A DNA stretch of 64,000 nt from Xanthobacteraceae bacterium. Lineage in GTDB: Bacteria > Pseudomonadota > Alphaproteobacteria > Rhizobiales > Xanthobacteraceae. A program made the position numbers and the translations under genes. This document shows positions 28,481 through 36,222 of this stretch, in pieces; within the stretch, counting starts at the first letter, position 1, and each line of letters starts with the position of its first letter. The notes beneath the pieces are model-generated. The model had not been told where the DNA came from and ran no database searches. It worked only from the letters and a program-made list of their open reading frames with translations. The stretch lies in NCBI GenBank assembly GCA_049519075.1, contig JBEKRD010000009.1, positions 65 through 64,064 of the forward strand, in the 5' to 3' direction.

Positions 28481-29941
28481 TTACCACGTCACGGAGATGT
28501 ATTGCGTCTCGGTGAATTCCATCAGTCCTTCGTGCGCGCCTTCGCGGCCGAGCCCGGACTGCTTGACGCCGCCGAACGGCGCCGCCGGATCGGACACGAC
28601 CCCGCGGTTAAGTCCGATCATGCCGAAATCGAGCTTCTCCGAGATCCGCAGGCCGCGGCCGAGATCCTTGGTGTAGAGGTAAGCGACGAGACCATATTCG
28701 GTGTCATTGGCGCGCGCGATCACCTCCTCCTCTGACTTGAAGCTCTGCAGCGAGGCCACGGGGCCAAAAATTTCGTCGTTGAGCATTTTGGCGTCGTCGG
28801 ACACATTGGCCAGCACGGTGGCCGGATAGAAAAAGCCGGGCCCGCCGGGCGCCTTGCCGCCGGTCAGCACCTTGGCGCCCTTTTTCACGGCGTCCTCGAC
28901 CAGTTCGATGACCTTGTCGAGGCCTTCTTTGTTGACCAGCGGGCCCAGCGCCACGCCGTCGTCGAGACCGTTACCCATTTTCAGGCCCGCCATCTTGGCG
29001 GTGAGCTTCTTGGCAAACTCGTCATGCACCTTTTCATGCACATAGAAGCGATTGGCGGCGGTGCAGGCCTCGCCCATATTGCGCATCTTGGCGATCATGG
29101 CGCCGTCTATTGCCGCATCGATATCGGCGTCGTCGAACACGATAAAGGGCGCGTTGCCGCCAAGCTCCATGGCCGGTTTGACGATCGAGTCGGCCGCTTC
29201 GTGCAAGAGCTTCCTGCCGACCTCGGTCGAGCCGGTGAACGACACCACGCGAACGCGCGGGTCATGCAGCATGGCGCCGACGACTTTACCGGAGGAGCGC
29301 GAGGGAATGACGTTGACGACGCCCGCGGGCACGCCGGCTTCTTCGAGTATCGGCATCAGCGCCAGCATGGTGAGGGGCGTATCGGACGCCGGTTTGAGCA
29401 CGACCGGACAGCCGGCAGCGAGCGCCGGGCCGATCTTGCGCGTCGCCATTGCGGCGGGGAAATTCCACGGCGTCACCAACACCGCGATGCCGGCCGGTCT
29501 GTGATGGACCAGAATGCGCGCGCCGGTCGACGGCGCGATCGAATTCTGGCCGATATTGCGCACCGCTTCTTCGGCGTACCAGCGGAAGAACTCCGCCGCA
29601 TAAGCGACCTCGCCGCGGGAATCAGACAGTGCCTTGCCGTTTTCGATGGTAATCAGCTTGGCCAGCCGCTCGGCGTCCCGCATGATCAGTTCGAACGACT
29701 TACGCAGGATTTCACCGCGTTCACGTGGTTTCTTGGCGGCCCAGCCGGGAAACGCGGCCTGCGCGGCGTCCAGCGCCGACTTGGCGTCATCGACTGTCGC
29801 GCTCGCGACCGAGGCGACTTTGTTCTCGGTTGCCGGATCAATCACGTCGAAGCGGCCGCCGTCGGACGATTTGCGCCACTTCCCGCCGATCCATAAATCC
29901 GTCGGCACGTTGGCGAGCAGATTGTCGTACATCGCACTCAT
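28481..29941 (-). CDS. NAD(P)-dependent aldehyde dehydrogenase, succinate-semialdehyde dehydrogenase (GabD)-like
   Basis: 486 aa from ATG 29941 (MSAMYDNLLANVPTDLWIGGKW). Motifs ELGGNAP and EACTAANR (catalytic Cys). The 107-aa N-terminal extension in the track ORF runs through a REP-like element. Confidence 0.85.
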   Translation of the reverse strand: MSAMYDNLLANVPTDLWIGGKWRKSSDGGRFDVIDPATENKVASVASATVDDAKSALDAAQAAFPGWAAKKPRERGEILRKSFELIMRDAERLAKLITIENGKALSDSRGEVAYAAEFFRWYAEEAVRNIGQNSIAPSTGARILVHHRPAGIAVLVTPWNFPAAMATRKIGPALAAGCPVVLKPASDTPLTMLALMPILEEAGVPAGVVNVIPSRSSGKVVGAMLHDPRVRVVSFTGSTEVGRKLLHEAADSIVKPAMELGGNAPFIVFDDADIDAAIDGAMIAKMRNMGEACTAANRFYVHEKVHDEFAKKLTAKMAGLKMGNGLDDGVALGPLVNKEGLDKVIELVEDAVKKGAKVLTGGKAPGGPGFFYPATVLANVSDDAKMLNDEIFGPVASLQSFKSEEEVIARANDTEYGLVAYLYTKDLGRGLRISEKLDFGMIGLNRGVVSDPAAPFGGVKQSGLGREGAHEGLMEFTETQYISVTW

Positions 29942-29994
29942 GGCTGCAGGTCCTTTGGCTGTATGCCCTTTTGGCAGTGAGTCCTTCGCGTTCT

Positions 29995-30075
29995 TCGTCC
30001 GCTCATTGCCGCGCAAGCGGGAATCCAGCTTCCAGCCGCGCCGCTTGGTCCCCGCTCGCGCGAGGACGAGCGGAA
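29995..30075. repeat. REP-like palindromic intergenic element inside the E1beta-to-ALDH junction
   Basis: Motif TCATTGCCGCGCAAGCGGGAATCCAG (30003-30028, small hairpin CCGC-gcaa-GCGG), plus hairpin CCGCTCG-N8-CGAGCGG (30052-30073) directly after the E1beta stop. Confidence 0.5.
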
Positions 30076-30078
30076 ACT

Positions 30079-31059
30079 TTAGCCCTCCAACGACCGCCGC
30101 ACCCGTTCGGCAATCCGGTCGACCGAGGGCAAGGCGAGATCCTCGAGAATATCGGCGGCCGGCAGCGGGATATGCGGCGTCGTGATCCGCACCGGCGGCC
30201 CGTCGAGTTCGTAGAACGCCTCGTCGGCGACGATCGAGACGAGCTCGGCGCCCCAGCCGCACAGCCGCGGATTTTCCTCGACCGTGAACAGCCGGTGGGT
30301 GCGCGCGACCGAACCGAGAATGGTCTGGGTATCGAGCGGTACCAGCGAGCGCACATCGACGACTTCACAATCGATGCCGTGTTCGGCCTTCAGCTTCTCG
30401 GCGGCCGCCAGCGCGCGGGGCACCATCAGCGCCAGGGCCAGGATCGTGGCGTCCTTGCCCGGCCGTACGATCTTTGCGGTGCCGAGCGTGTCGACGATCT
30501 CGCCGTCCGGCACTTCGCCTTTGGCGGCATAAAGTGACTTGTGCTCGAAGAAGATCACCGGATTGGGATCGCGCACCGCCGCCGCCATCAGCCCGATCAC
30601 GTCGCGCGGTGTCGACGGCGCCACGACTTTCAGTCCCGGAATCATCATGCACCAGTTCTCGACGCTCTGCGAATGCTGCGCGCCGAAGCGCGAGCCTGCG
30701 CCATTGCCGGTGCGCACGACCAGCGGGCATTTGACCTGGCCGTTCGACATGTAATGGCTCTTGGAGAACTCGTTGGCGATGTAGTCGAAGCAGACGGCGA
30801 TAAAATCCGAGAACATAATTTCCGCGATCGGCTTTAAGCCGGTCATCGCCGCACCCATGGCAGCGCCGAGGATCGCCTGCTCGGAAATCGGCGTGTCGCG
30901 AACGCGCAGCGGGCCGAACTGCTCGTAGAGCCCGACCGTCGCCTTGAACACGCCGCCGGCCTTGCCGATGTCCTCGCCGAGGAACACCACGTCGGGATCG
31001 CGCGTCATCTCCTGGGCGATACCGCGCGCCACGGCGTCGCGATAGGTCAATTCCGCCAT
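30079..31059 (-). CDS. 2-oxoacid / acetoin dehydrogenase E1 component, beta subunit
   Basis: 326 aa from ATG 31059 (MAELTYRDAVARGIAQEM) with a transketolase-like pyrimidine-binding and C-terminal domain pattern. Overlaps the E1alpha stop by 13 nt. Confidence 0.9.
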   Translation of the reverse strand: MAELTYRDAVARGIAQEMTRDPDVVFLGEDIGKAGGVFKATVGLYEQFGPLRVRDTPISEQAILGAAMGAAMTGLKPIAEIMFSDFIAVCFDYIANEFSKSHYMSNGQVKCPLVVRTGNGAGSRFGAQHSQSVENWCMMIPGLKVVAPSTPRDVIGLMAAAVRDPNPVIFFEHKSLYAAKGEVPDGEIVDTLGTAKIVRPGKDATILALALMVPRALAAAEKLKAEHGIDCEVVDVRSLVPLDTQTILGSVARTHRLFTVEENPRLCGWGAELVSIVADEAFYELDGPPVRITTPHIPLPAADILEDLALPSVDRIAERVRRSLEG

Positions 31060-32078
31060 GCGAAGCCTCCGTCGGCATAAACATCGGTGGTGAGAATATC
31101 GAGCGCTGGCGGTGGCGCCGCTTTGCATTTCTCGGTGGCTTCGTCGACGCCCCGCTTCACGTCGGTCTCGATGCCGACGATGATGTCTTCACCGACGCCG
31201 AATTGCTTGAGCCGCTCGCGATAGATCTTGATCGGGTCGCGCTCCTTCCACTTCTCCAATTCACCCTCCGGGCGGTATTTGGCCGGGTCGGCGCGCGAAT
31301 GCCCGCTGTGTCGATAGGTCAGGCATTCGATCAAGGACGGTCCGCCGCCGGCGCGGGCTTTCTCATAGGCGGCGCTTGCGGTGCGGTAGACTTCATCGGC
31401 GTCATTGCCGTCGATAATGATGCGCGGCAGCCCATAGGCCGAGGCGCGGTCGGCCGCGGGATGCGGCACGGCGGTGACGTCGCCGATCGGCGTATATTCC
31501 ATGTAAAGATTATTCTCGCAGACGAAGATCACCGGCAGCTTCCACACCACGGCGAAATTCAGCGCCTCGTGAAACGCGCCAATATTGGTGGTGCCGTCGC
31601 CGAAGAAACAGACCGAGACATCTTTCTGGCCCTTGTACTGCGCGCGCCAGGCCGCGCCGCAGGCGATCGGCAGATGTGCGCCAATGATGGCGTAGGAGCC
31701 CATGACGCCGTGATCGACCGAGGTCAGGTGCATCGAGCCGCCCTTGCCGCGCATCAAGCCGTTGTCGCGCTGCATCAGCTCGCCGAGAACCTGTTCGAAC
31801 GGCACGCCGCGGGCGAGCGTATGGGCATGGCCGCGATAGGTGCAAAATGAAAGGTCGCCGGGCTTCATCGCGGCGGCGCAGCCGGCGGCGATGGCTTCCT
31901 GGCCGAGCGACAGATGGCTCGTGCCCTTCACCAGGTTCTGCAGGAACAGATCGAATGCACGCTGCTCGGCCTCGCGAAGCTCAACCTGGATGCGAAATAA
32001 GCGCAGCCGTGTCTCCTCGCCGATGTCATCATTGAGGCTCGCATTCGCTGCGAGCGCCCGGTCCTCGACGTTAGCCAT
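31047..32078 (-). CDS. 2-oxoacid / acetoin dehydrogenase E1 component, alpha subunit (TPP-dependent)
   Basis: 343 aa. TPP-binding motif GDGTTNIGAFHEALNFAVVWKLPVIFVCENN, and YRGHAH. Confidence 0.9.
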   Translation of the reverse strand: MANVEDRALAANASLNDDIGEETRLRLFRIQVELREAEQRAFDLFLQNLVKGTSHLSLGQEAIAAGCAAAMKPGDLSFCTYRGHAHTLARGVPFEQVLGELMQRDNGLMRGKGGSMHLTSVDHGVMGSYAIIGAHLPIACGAAWRAQYKGQKDVSVCFFGDGTTNIGAFHEALNFAVVWKLPVIFVCENNLYMEYTPIGDVTAVPHPAADRASAYGLPRIIIDGNDADEVYRTASAAYEKARAGGGPSLIECLTYRHSGHSRADPAKYRPEGELEKWKERDPIKIYRERLKQFGVGEDIIVGIETDVKRGVDEATEKCKAAPPPALDILTTDVYADGGFAWRN

Positions 32079-32218
32079 GAAATATCCTCGGAATGCCCCG
32101 GTTCAGGAATCCCACATCAGACGTGGATTGGGGAGGCGCAACTTAGCGCCAGATAGGAAGCCGAGGCAACGTCATCCCGACACCACCTGCGATATTCACG
32201 CGGCCGGCGGCGCGATTC

Positions 32219-32246
32219 GGTTGGGCAGCTACCGTTGGGCAGCTAT
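32219..32246. repeat. Tandem 14-nt direct repeat (GGTTGGGCAGCTAC / CGTTGGGCAGCTAT) in a divergent promoter region
   Basis: Read directly. Lies between the E1alpha start (32078, minus) and the DUF6460-like gene start (32301, plus). Confidence 0.75.
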
Positions 32247-32300
32247 GCCGCTTGCGCGGGGCGTGACAAGTTCTTAACTGACGCAAACGGGGAGATTTCG

Positions 32301-32603
32301 ATGGCCCAGGAATCCCTAGACTCTCAGACATCCCAGAATTACGTCCAACGCTTCTTCGGCGGTCCGCCGCTGGCGGTGATCGGGCGGCTGATCCTGCTGT
32401 CGATCCTGGTCGGCGTCATTCTCGCCGCGATCGGGCTCGATCCATGGAATATCCTGGAGTCGGTGCAGCGGCTCATCGAGCATATCTGGAATATGGGCTT
32501 CGACGCCGTACGCTGGCTGTGGCGATATTTCATGCTCGGTGCCGTGATTGTCGTGCCGATCTGGCTTTTGGTCCGGCTGGCCAAGGCGCCGCGCGGGCGA
32601 TAG
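32301..32603 (+). CDS. Small membrane protein (DUF6460-like)
   Basis: 100 aa from ATG 32301, preceded by GGGGAG. Two hydrophobic segments (LAVIGRLILLSILVGVILAAIG and FMLGAVIVVPIWLLV). Family name is from memory, low certainty. Confidence 0.5.
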   Translation: MAQESLDSQTSQNYVQRFFGGPPLAVIGRLILLSILVGVILAAIGLDPWNILESVQRLIEHIWNMGFDAVRWLWRYFMLGAVIVVPIWLLVRLAKAPRGR

Positions 32604-32708
32604 CGGCCCGCCTCCCAAACGCGTCGTGATGCCGTGCCGGTCCACCCTCGGCCGGCCGCGCCCGATGGAAAATCTGACAGCCGAAACAAAGCCCTCTGGA
32701 GTGCGGGC

Positions 32709-33470
32709 TTAATCGTCGGTCGGCTGCGGGCCAGACGACGGGGCCTCGCCGTCGCTGGGCGCGGCATGATCGACGCCGTGCTCCCGCGGGCCGCCGCGAT
32801 GGCGTCGGCGCCGGCGATGCAGCGGAAAGCGGTCCGCCGAGCCGTCATAGCCATTCGGCCCGTTTGCCGCACTCTGGCCTTGTTGGGGAGGCTGCGGCTG
32901 CGACTGACCGCCGGTGATGAATGACGGCAATCGTTCAACGTCCGCCTCGCTCTCCGGCTGCGTATAGTGTGGACGCGGTTGGTAATGCTGCGGCTGCGGC
33001 TGCTGAAGTTGCGGCTGTTGGTGCTGCGGCTGGTATTGCTGCGGCTGATGGTGCTGTGACTGTTCGCGCGGATAAAATGACTGCGGCTCGCGGGGCGCAA
33101 ACGGCTCGCCGCCGATATGCGGCTGCTCATTTTCGCCATCGTCATAGCCGTCGTCCGGAAGATTGCCGCGTATGTCGCCCGGCTGTTGTTGGAAATAGGG
33201 CTGATTCTGACGCAGCTGTTCCTGCGCGGCGGCGATTAAGCGAAAATAATGTTCGGCGTGCTGATAATAATTTTCGGTGGCGATGGTATCTCCGGAACTC
33301 TGCGCGTCGCGGGCAAGCTGGAGATATTTTTCGGCGATGTGGGATGCCGTGCCACGAATTTTTACGTCCTGTCCGTTGGATTCGTAAACGCGCGACAACG
33401 GATTTTGATGGTGGCCGCCGCCTTTACGGTTACGCCCGCGCATACGCTTATTGTTCTGACCGTTTCTCAT
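32709..33470 (-). CDS. DUF4167 domain protein with a Gln/Pro-rich C-terminal half
   Basis: N-terminus MRNGQNNKRMRGRNRKGGGHHQNPLSRVYESNGQDVKIRGTASHIAEKYLQLARDA is the conserved DUF4167 core. Start set to ATG 33470; the track start is TTG 33488. Confidence 0.75.
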   Translation of the reverse strand: MRNGQNNKRMRGRNRKGGGHHQNPLSRVYESNGQDVKIRGTASHIAEKYLQLARDAQSSGDTIATENYYQHAEHYFRLIAAAQEQLRQNQPYFQQQPGDIRGNLPDDGYDDGENEQPHIGGEPFAPREPQSFYPREQSQHHQPQQYQPQHQQPQLQQPQPQHYQPRPHYTQPESEADVERLPSFITGGQSQPQPPQQGQSAANGPNGYDGSADRFPLHRRRRRHRGGPREHGVDHAAPSDGEAPSSGPQPTDD

Positions 33471-33560
33471 GATTTGCTGTTCCGCCAACCCCGTTGTCTG
33501 CGGCGCCGCAGATGCCGCCGCTTCTCTTCACCAGTCGTCACTTCACCAAATGTCGTTTCC

Positions 33561-33588
33561 CGATGTCGTATTCCCGATGTCGTATTCC
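33561..33588. repeat. Tandem 14-nt repeat CGATGTCGTATTCC x2, with a degenerate third copy upstream
   Basis: Read directly. Lies in the long non-coding stretch upstream of the DUF4167 gene. Confidence 0.8.
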
Positions 33589-33836
33589 CGGAAGCGGCTC
33601 TAACTCCGCTCCATCGGCTTTGAGCGGCTCCGAAAAGCCGCTCAGAATCGCTCCCGTGCGAATGCCACAGACCCTCAGCAAATCAGCCCCCAACCGCGTT
33701 TCGCGCGGCGTCGCAAATCCTTCAACATCCGTTCGCTCGCCTCCTCACAAGGCGCGCCGAAGCGAATGAATCTTCGCAGTTTGAACCTTTGCGTTCTGAA
33801 TCTGGCGATCCCGTATGCCGTCCAATCCGGCTTTCG

Positions 33837-33870
33837 TTATCCAGCTTTCGCTCTTATCCAGCTTTCGCTT
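33837..33870. repeat. Tandem 17-nt repeat TTATCCAGCTTTCGCT(C/T) x2
   Basis: Read directly and indexed against track ORF 33789. Confidence 0.8.
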
Positions 33871-34113
33871 TTCTGCGTGGCCCGCGCTGCCAACCTCTGC
33901 AAGCCAACCCTTTGCAGCCAACCTTTGAAGGCGGCTTAACATTGGAGCCGGCCTTATGGAGCTCTACTCCGGGTGTTCAGGGCAGCGCCGCACCCTATCT
34001 CAGGGGCGATTCCGTGGCCGCAAGCTAATCGGTTCCGGTCAACATTCCAAGTGTTTTTTGCCGGGGCCTAATGCGCTTTTTTGCCGGGTCCCGCGCTCAA
34101 ACCTTACTTAACC

Positions 34114-35016
34114 TCAGGGCCCCTTTTTGGCAACCAGGGCGCGCAGCACACCGCTAAGATCGGGTTGAGGCGGCGACGGCGCAAGCCCCGCAGCTTCCAA
34201 CAATCCGGCGACAGCCTCGGCCTGGCCGGCACCCAATTCGACGACGATAACGCCGTTGGGGGCGAGCAGCGCCGGCGCGCTCGCGGCGATGGCACGATAA
34301 CTATCAAGTCCGTCGGTTCCGCCGTCGAGCGCAAGCCGCGGGTCGAACAGCCGCACTTCGGGCGGCAGGCCTGCGATGTCGTCCGAACTGATATAGGGCG
34401 GGTTCGACACGATGAGGTCGAACGGCCCGCGCAATGCGGCCGCCATGTCGCAGGCGACGTAGGCCGCGCGGCTTAATCCCAGGCGCCGGGCATTGTCGCG
34501 GGCGATGGCAAGCGCGCGCGGGCTCAGATCGCTGCCGACTCCGAAAGCATTATGCAGTTCACTCAGGAGCGCCAGGAGGATGGCGCCGGAGCCCGTGCCG
34601 AGATCGGCAATGCACAGCGCCCGTGTGCGTCCCCAGCATGCATCGATGGCAGCGAGCGCGGCCTCGACCACGGTTTCGGTCTCCGGCCGCGGCACCAAGG
34701 TCGCGGCATCGACGTGGAGGTTCAGACTCCAAAACTCCTTGCTGCCGACAATCCGCGCGACTGGCTCGTGGGCAAGGCGGCGCCGGGCGAGCGCGGCGAT
34801 CGCGCTGTCTTCAGCGGAGCCGAGAACGCGCGCGGCCGAAGCCGCAAGCGCAGCATGATCGAGGTCGAGCGCATGACCGATCACAAGCCGCGCGTCGAGC
34901 TCAGGCGAATCGATGCCGGCCGCGCAAAATTGTGCAGTCAGGGTGCGCCGCGTTTCCGCGACGGTGTGGGCCGTCGCGCCGCCTGACGGCGCTGGCGCTG
35001 CAGCGGCCGGCGGCAT
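34114..35016 (-). CDS. prmC: Release-factor glutamine N5-methyltransferase
   Basis: 300 aa. SAM motif ADLGTGSGAI and catalytic VSNPPYI. The ATG overlaps the prfA stop by 1 nt (TGATG). Confidence 0.9.
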   Translation of the reverse strand: MPPAAAAPAPSGGATAHTVAETRRTLTAQFCAAGIDSPELDARLVIGHALDLDHAALAASAARVLGSAEDSAIAALARRRLAHEPVARIVGSKEFWSLNLHVDAATLVPRPETETVVEAALAAIDACWGRTRALCIADLGTGSGAILLALLSELHNAFGVGSDLSPRALAIARDNARRLGLSRAAYVACDMAAALRGPFDLIVSNPPYISSDDIAGLPPEVRLFDPRLALDGGTDGLDSYRAIAASAPALLAPNGVIVVELGAGQAEAVAGLLEAAGLAPSPPQPDLSGVLRALVAKKGP

Positions 35017-36092
35017 CAGTTCGCCTCCTCGGCGGCAAGCAGAGCCGCCTGGTTCTCGGCGACCAGGGCATCGATGATTTCGCCGAGCGCCTCGCCCTCC
35101 AGGATCTGCGGCAGCTTGTACAGCGTCAGATTGATGCGATGGTCCGACACGCGCCCCTGCGGGTAATTATAGGTGCGGATGCGTTCGGAGCGGTCGCCGG
35201 TGCCGACCTGGCCGCGGCGTTCGGCGGCGCGCGCGGCGTCCAGCTTCTGCCGCTCGAAATCGTAGAGCCGGGTGCGCAATACGGCCAGCGCCTTGGCGCG
35301 GTTGCGGTGTTGCGACCGCTCCTCTTGCATCATGACGACGATGCCCGATGGAAGATGCGTCATCCGGATCGCCGACTCTGTTTTGTTGACATGTTGGCCG
35401 CCGGCGCCGCCCGAGCGCAGTGTATCGATCTTGAGATCGGCTTCGTTGATGGCGACATCGACCTCCTGCGCCTCCGGCAGCACGGCGACGGTCGCGGTCG
35501 AGGTGTGGATGCGGCCGGAGGCTTCGGTATCGGGCACGCGCTGGACGCGGTGCACGCCGGATTCGTATTTCAGCTTGGCGAAAGCGCCACGGCCGCGGAT
35601 TTCGGCGACAATTTCCTTATAGCCGCCCATCGAGCCTTCGCTCGCGGTGGCGATTTCGACCTTCCAGCCCTGATTGGCGGCGTAACGCTCATACATGCGA
35701 AACAGGTTGCCGGCGAATAGAGCGGCCTCGTCGCCGCCGGTGCCGGCGCGAATTTCCAGAATGACGTTGCGCTCGTCCATCGCGTCCTTGGGCACGAGCG
35801 CAAGCCGCAACTCTTGTTCCAGTCTGGCGCAGCGCGCCGCAAGCTCGGGCTTTTCGGCCTCGGCGATCGCGCGCATGTCCGGGTCGGTTGCGGAATCCGC
35901 GATCAGGCTCGTCAGTCCGTCGAGCTCGTTCTTCGCGGCACGATAGGATTTTACCGCCTCGACCACCGGCGCAAGCTCGGCGAGCTCGCGCGACAGCTTG
36001 ACGTAAGTTTCGGCTGGCAGCGCCGCAGTGAGATCGTGTTCCAGCGTCGCGTGCCGGGTGACGACGGCATTGAGTTTCTGATCGGGCAGCAT
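35016..36092 (-). CDS. prfA: Peptide chain release factor 1
   Basis: 358 aa. GGQ motif [17 protein letters not shown] and PxT codon-recognition loop ([17 protein letters not shown]). Confidence 0.95.
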   Translation of the reverse strand: MLPDQKLNAVVTRHATLEHDLTAALPAETYVKLSRELAELAPVVEAVKSYRAAKNELDGLTSLIADSATDPDMRAIAEAEKPELAARCARLEQELRLALVPKDAMDERNVILEIRAGTGGDEAALFAGNLFRMYERYAANQGWKVEIATASEGSMGGYKEIVAEIRGRGAFAKLKYESGVHRVQRVPDTEASGRIHTSTATVAVLPEAQEVDVAINEADLKIDTLRSGGAGGQHVNKTESAIRMTHLPSGIVVMMQEERSQHRNRAKALAVLRTRLYDFERQKLDAARAAERRGQVGTGDRSERIRTYNYPQGRVSDHRINLTLYKLPQILEGEALGEIIDALVAENQAALLAAEEAN

Positions 36093-36222
36093 GTTTCAGT
36101 ATCGTCTTGCCGGCGTCATGCCGGGCATTCAAGACTCTTCCTTTGCGTCAAGCAGCACACATCTTGCTTGCGGGTTAAGTAAAAGACGTGGCCGCCCGGA
36201 ACAAGCCCGGCCGCGCATCGTC

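Noticed and set aside
35016-36092. RF1 codon-recognition tripeptide reads PDT rather than the E. coli PAT
   Set aside because: The middle residue of the PxT motif varies among bacteria and organelles, so this is probably lineage variation and not a recoding signal.
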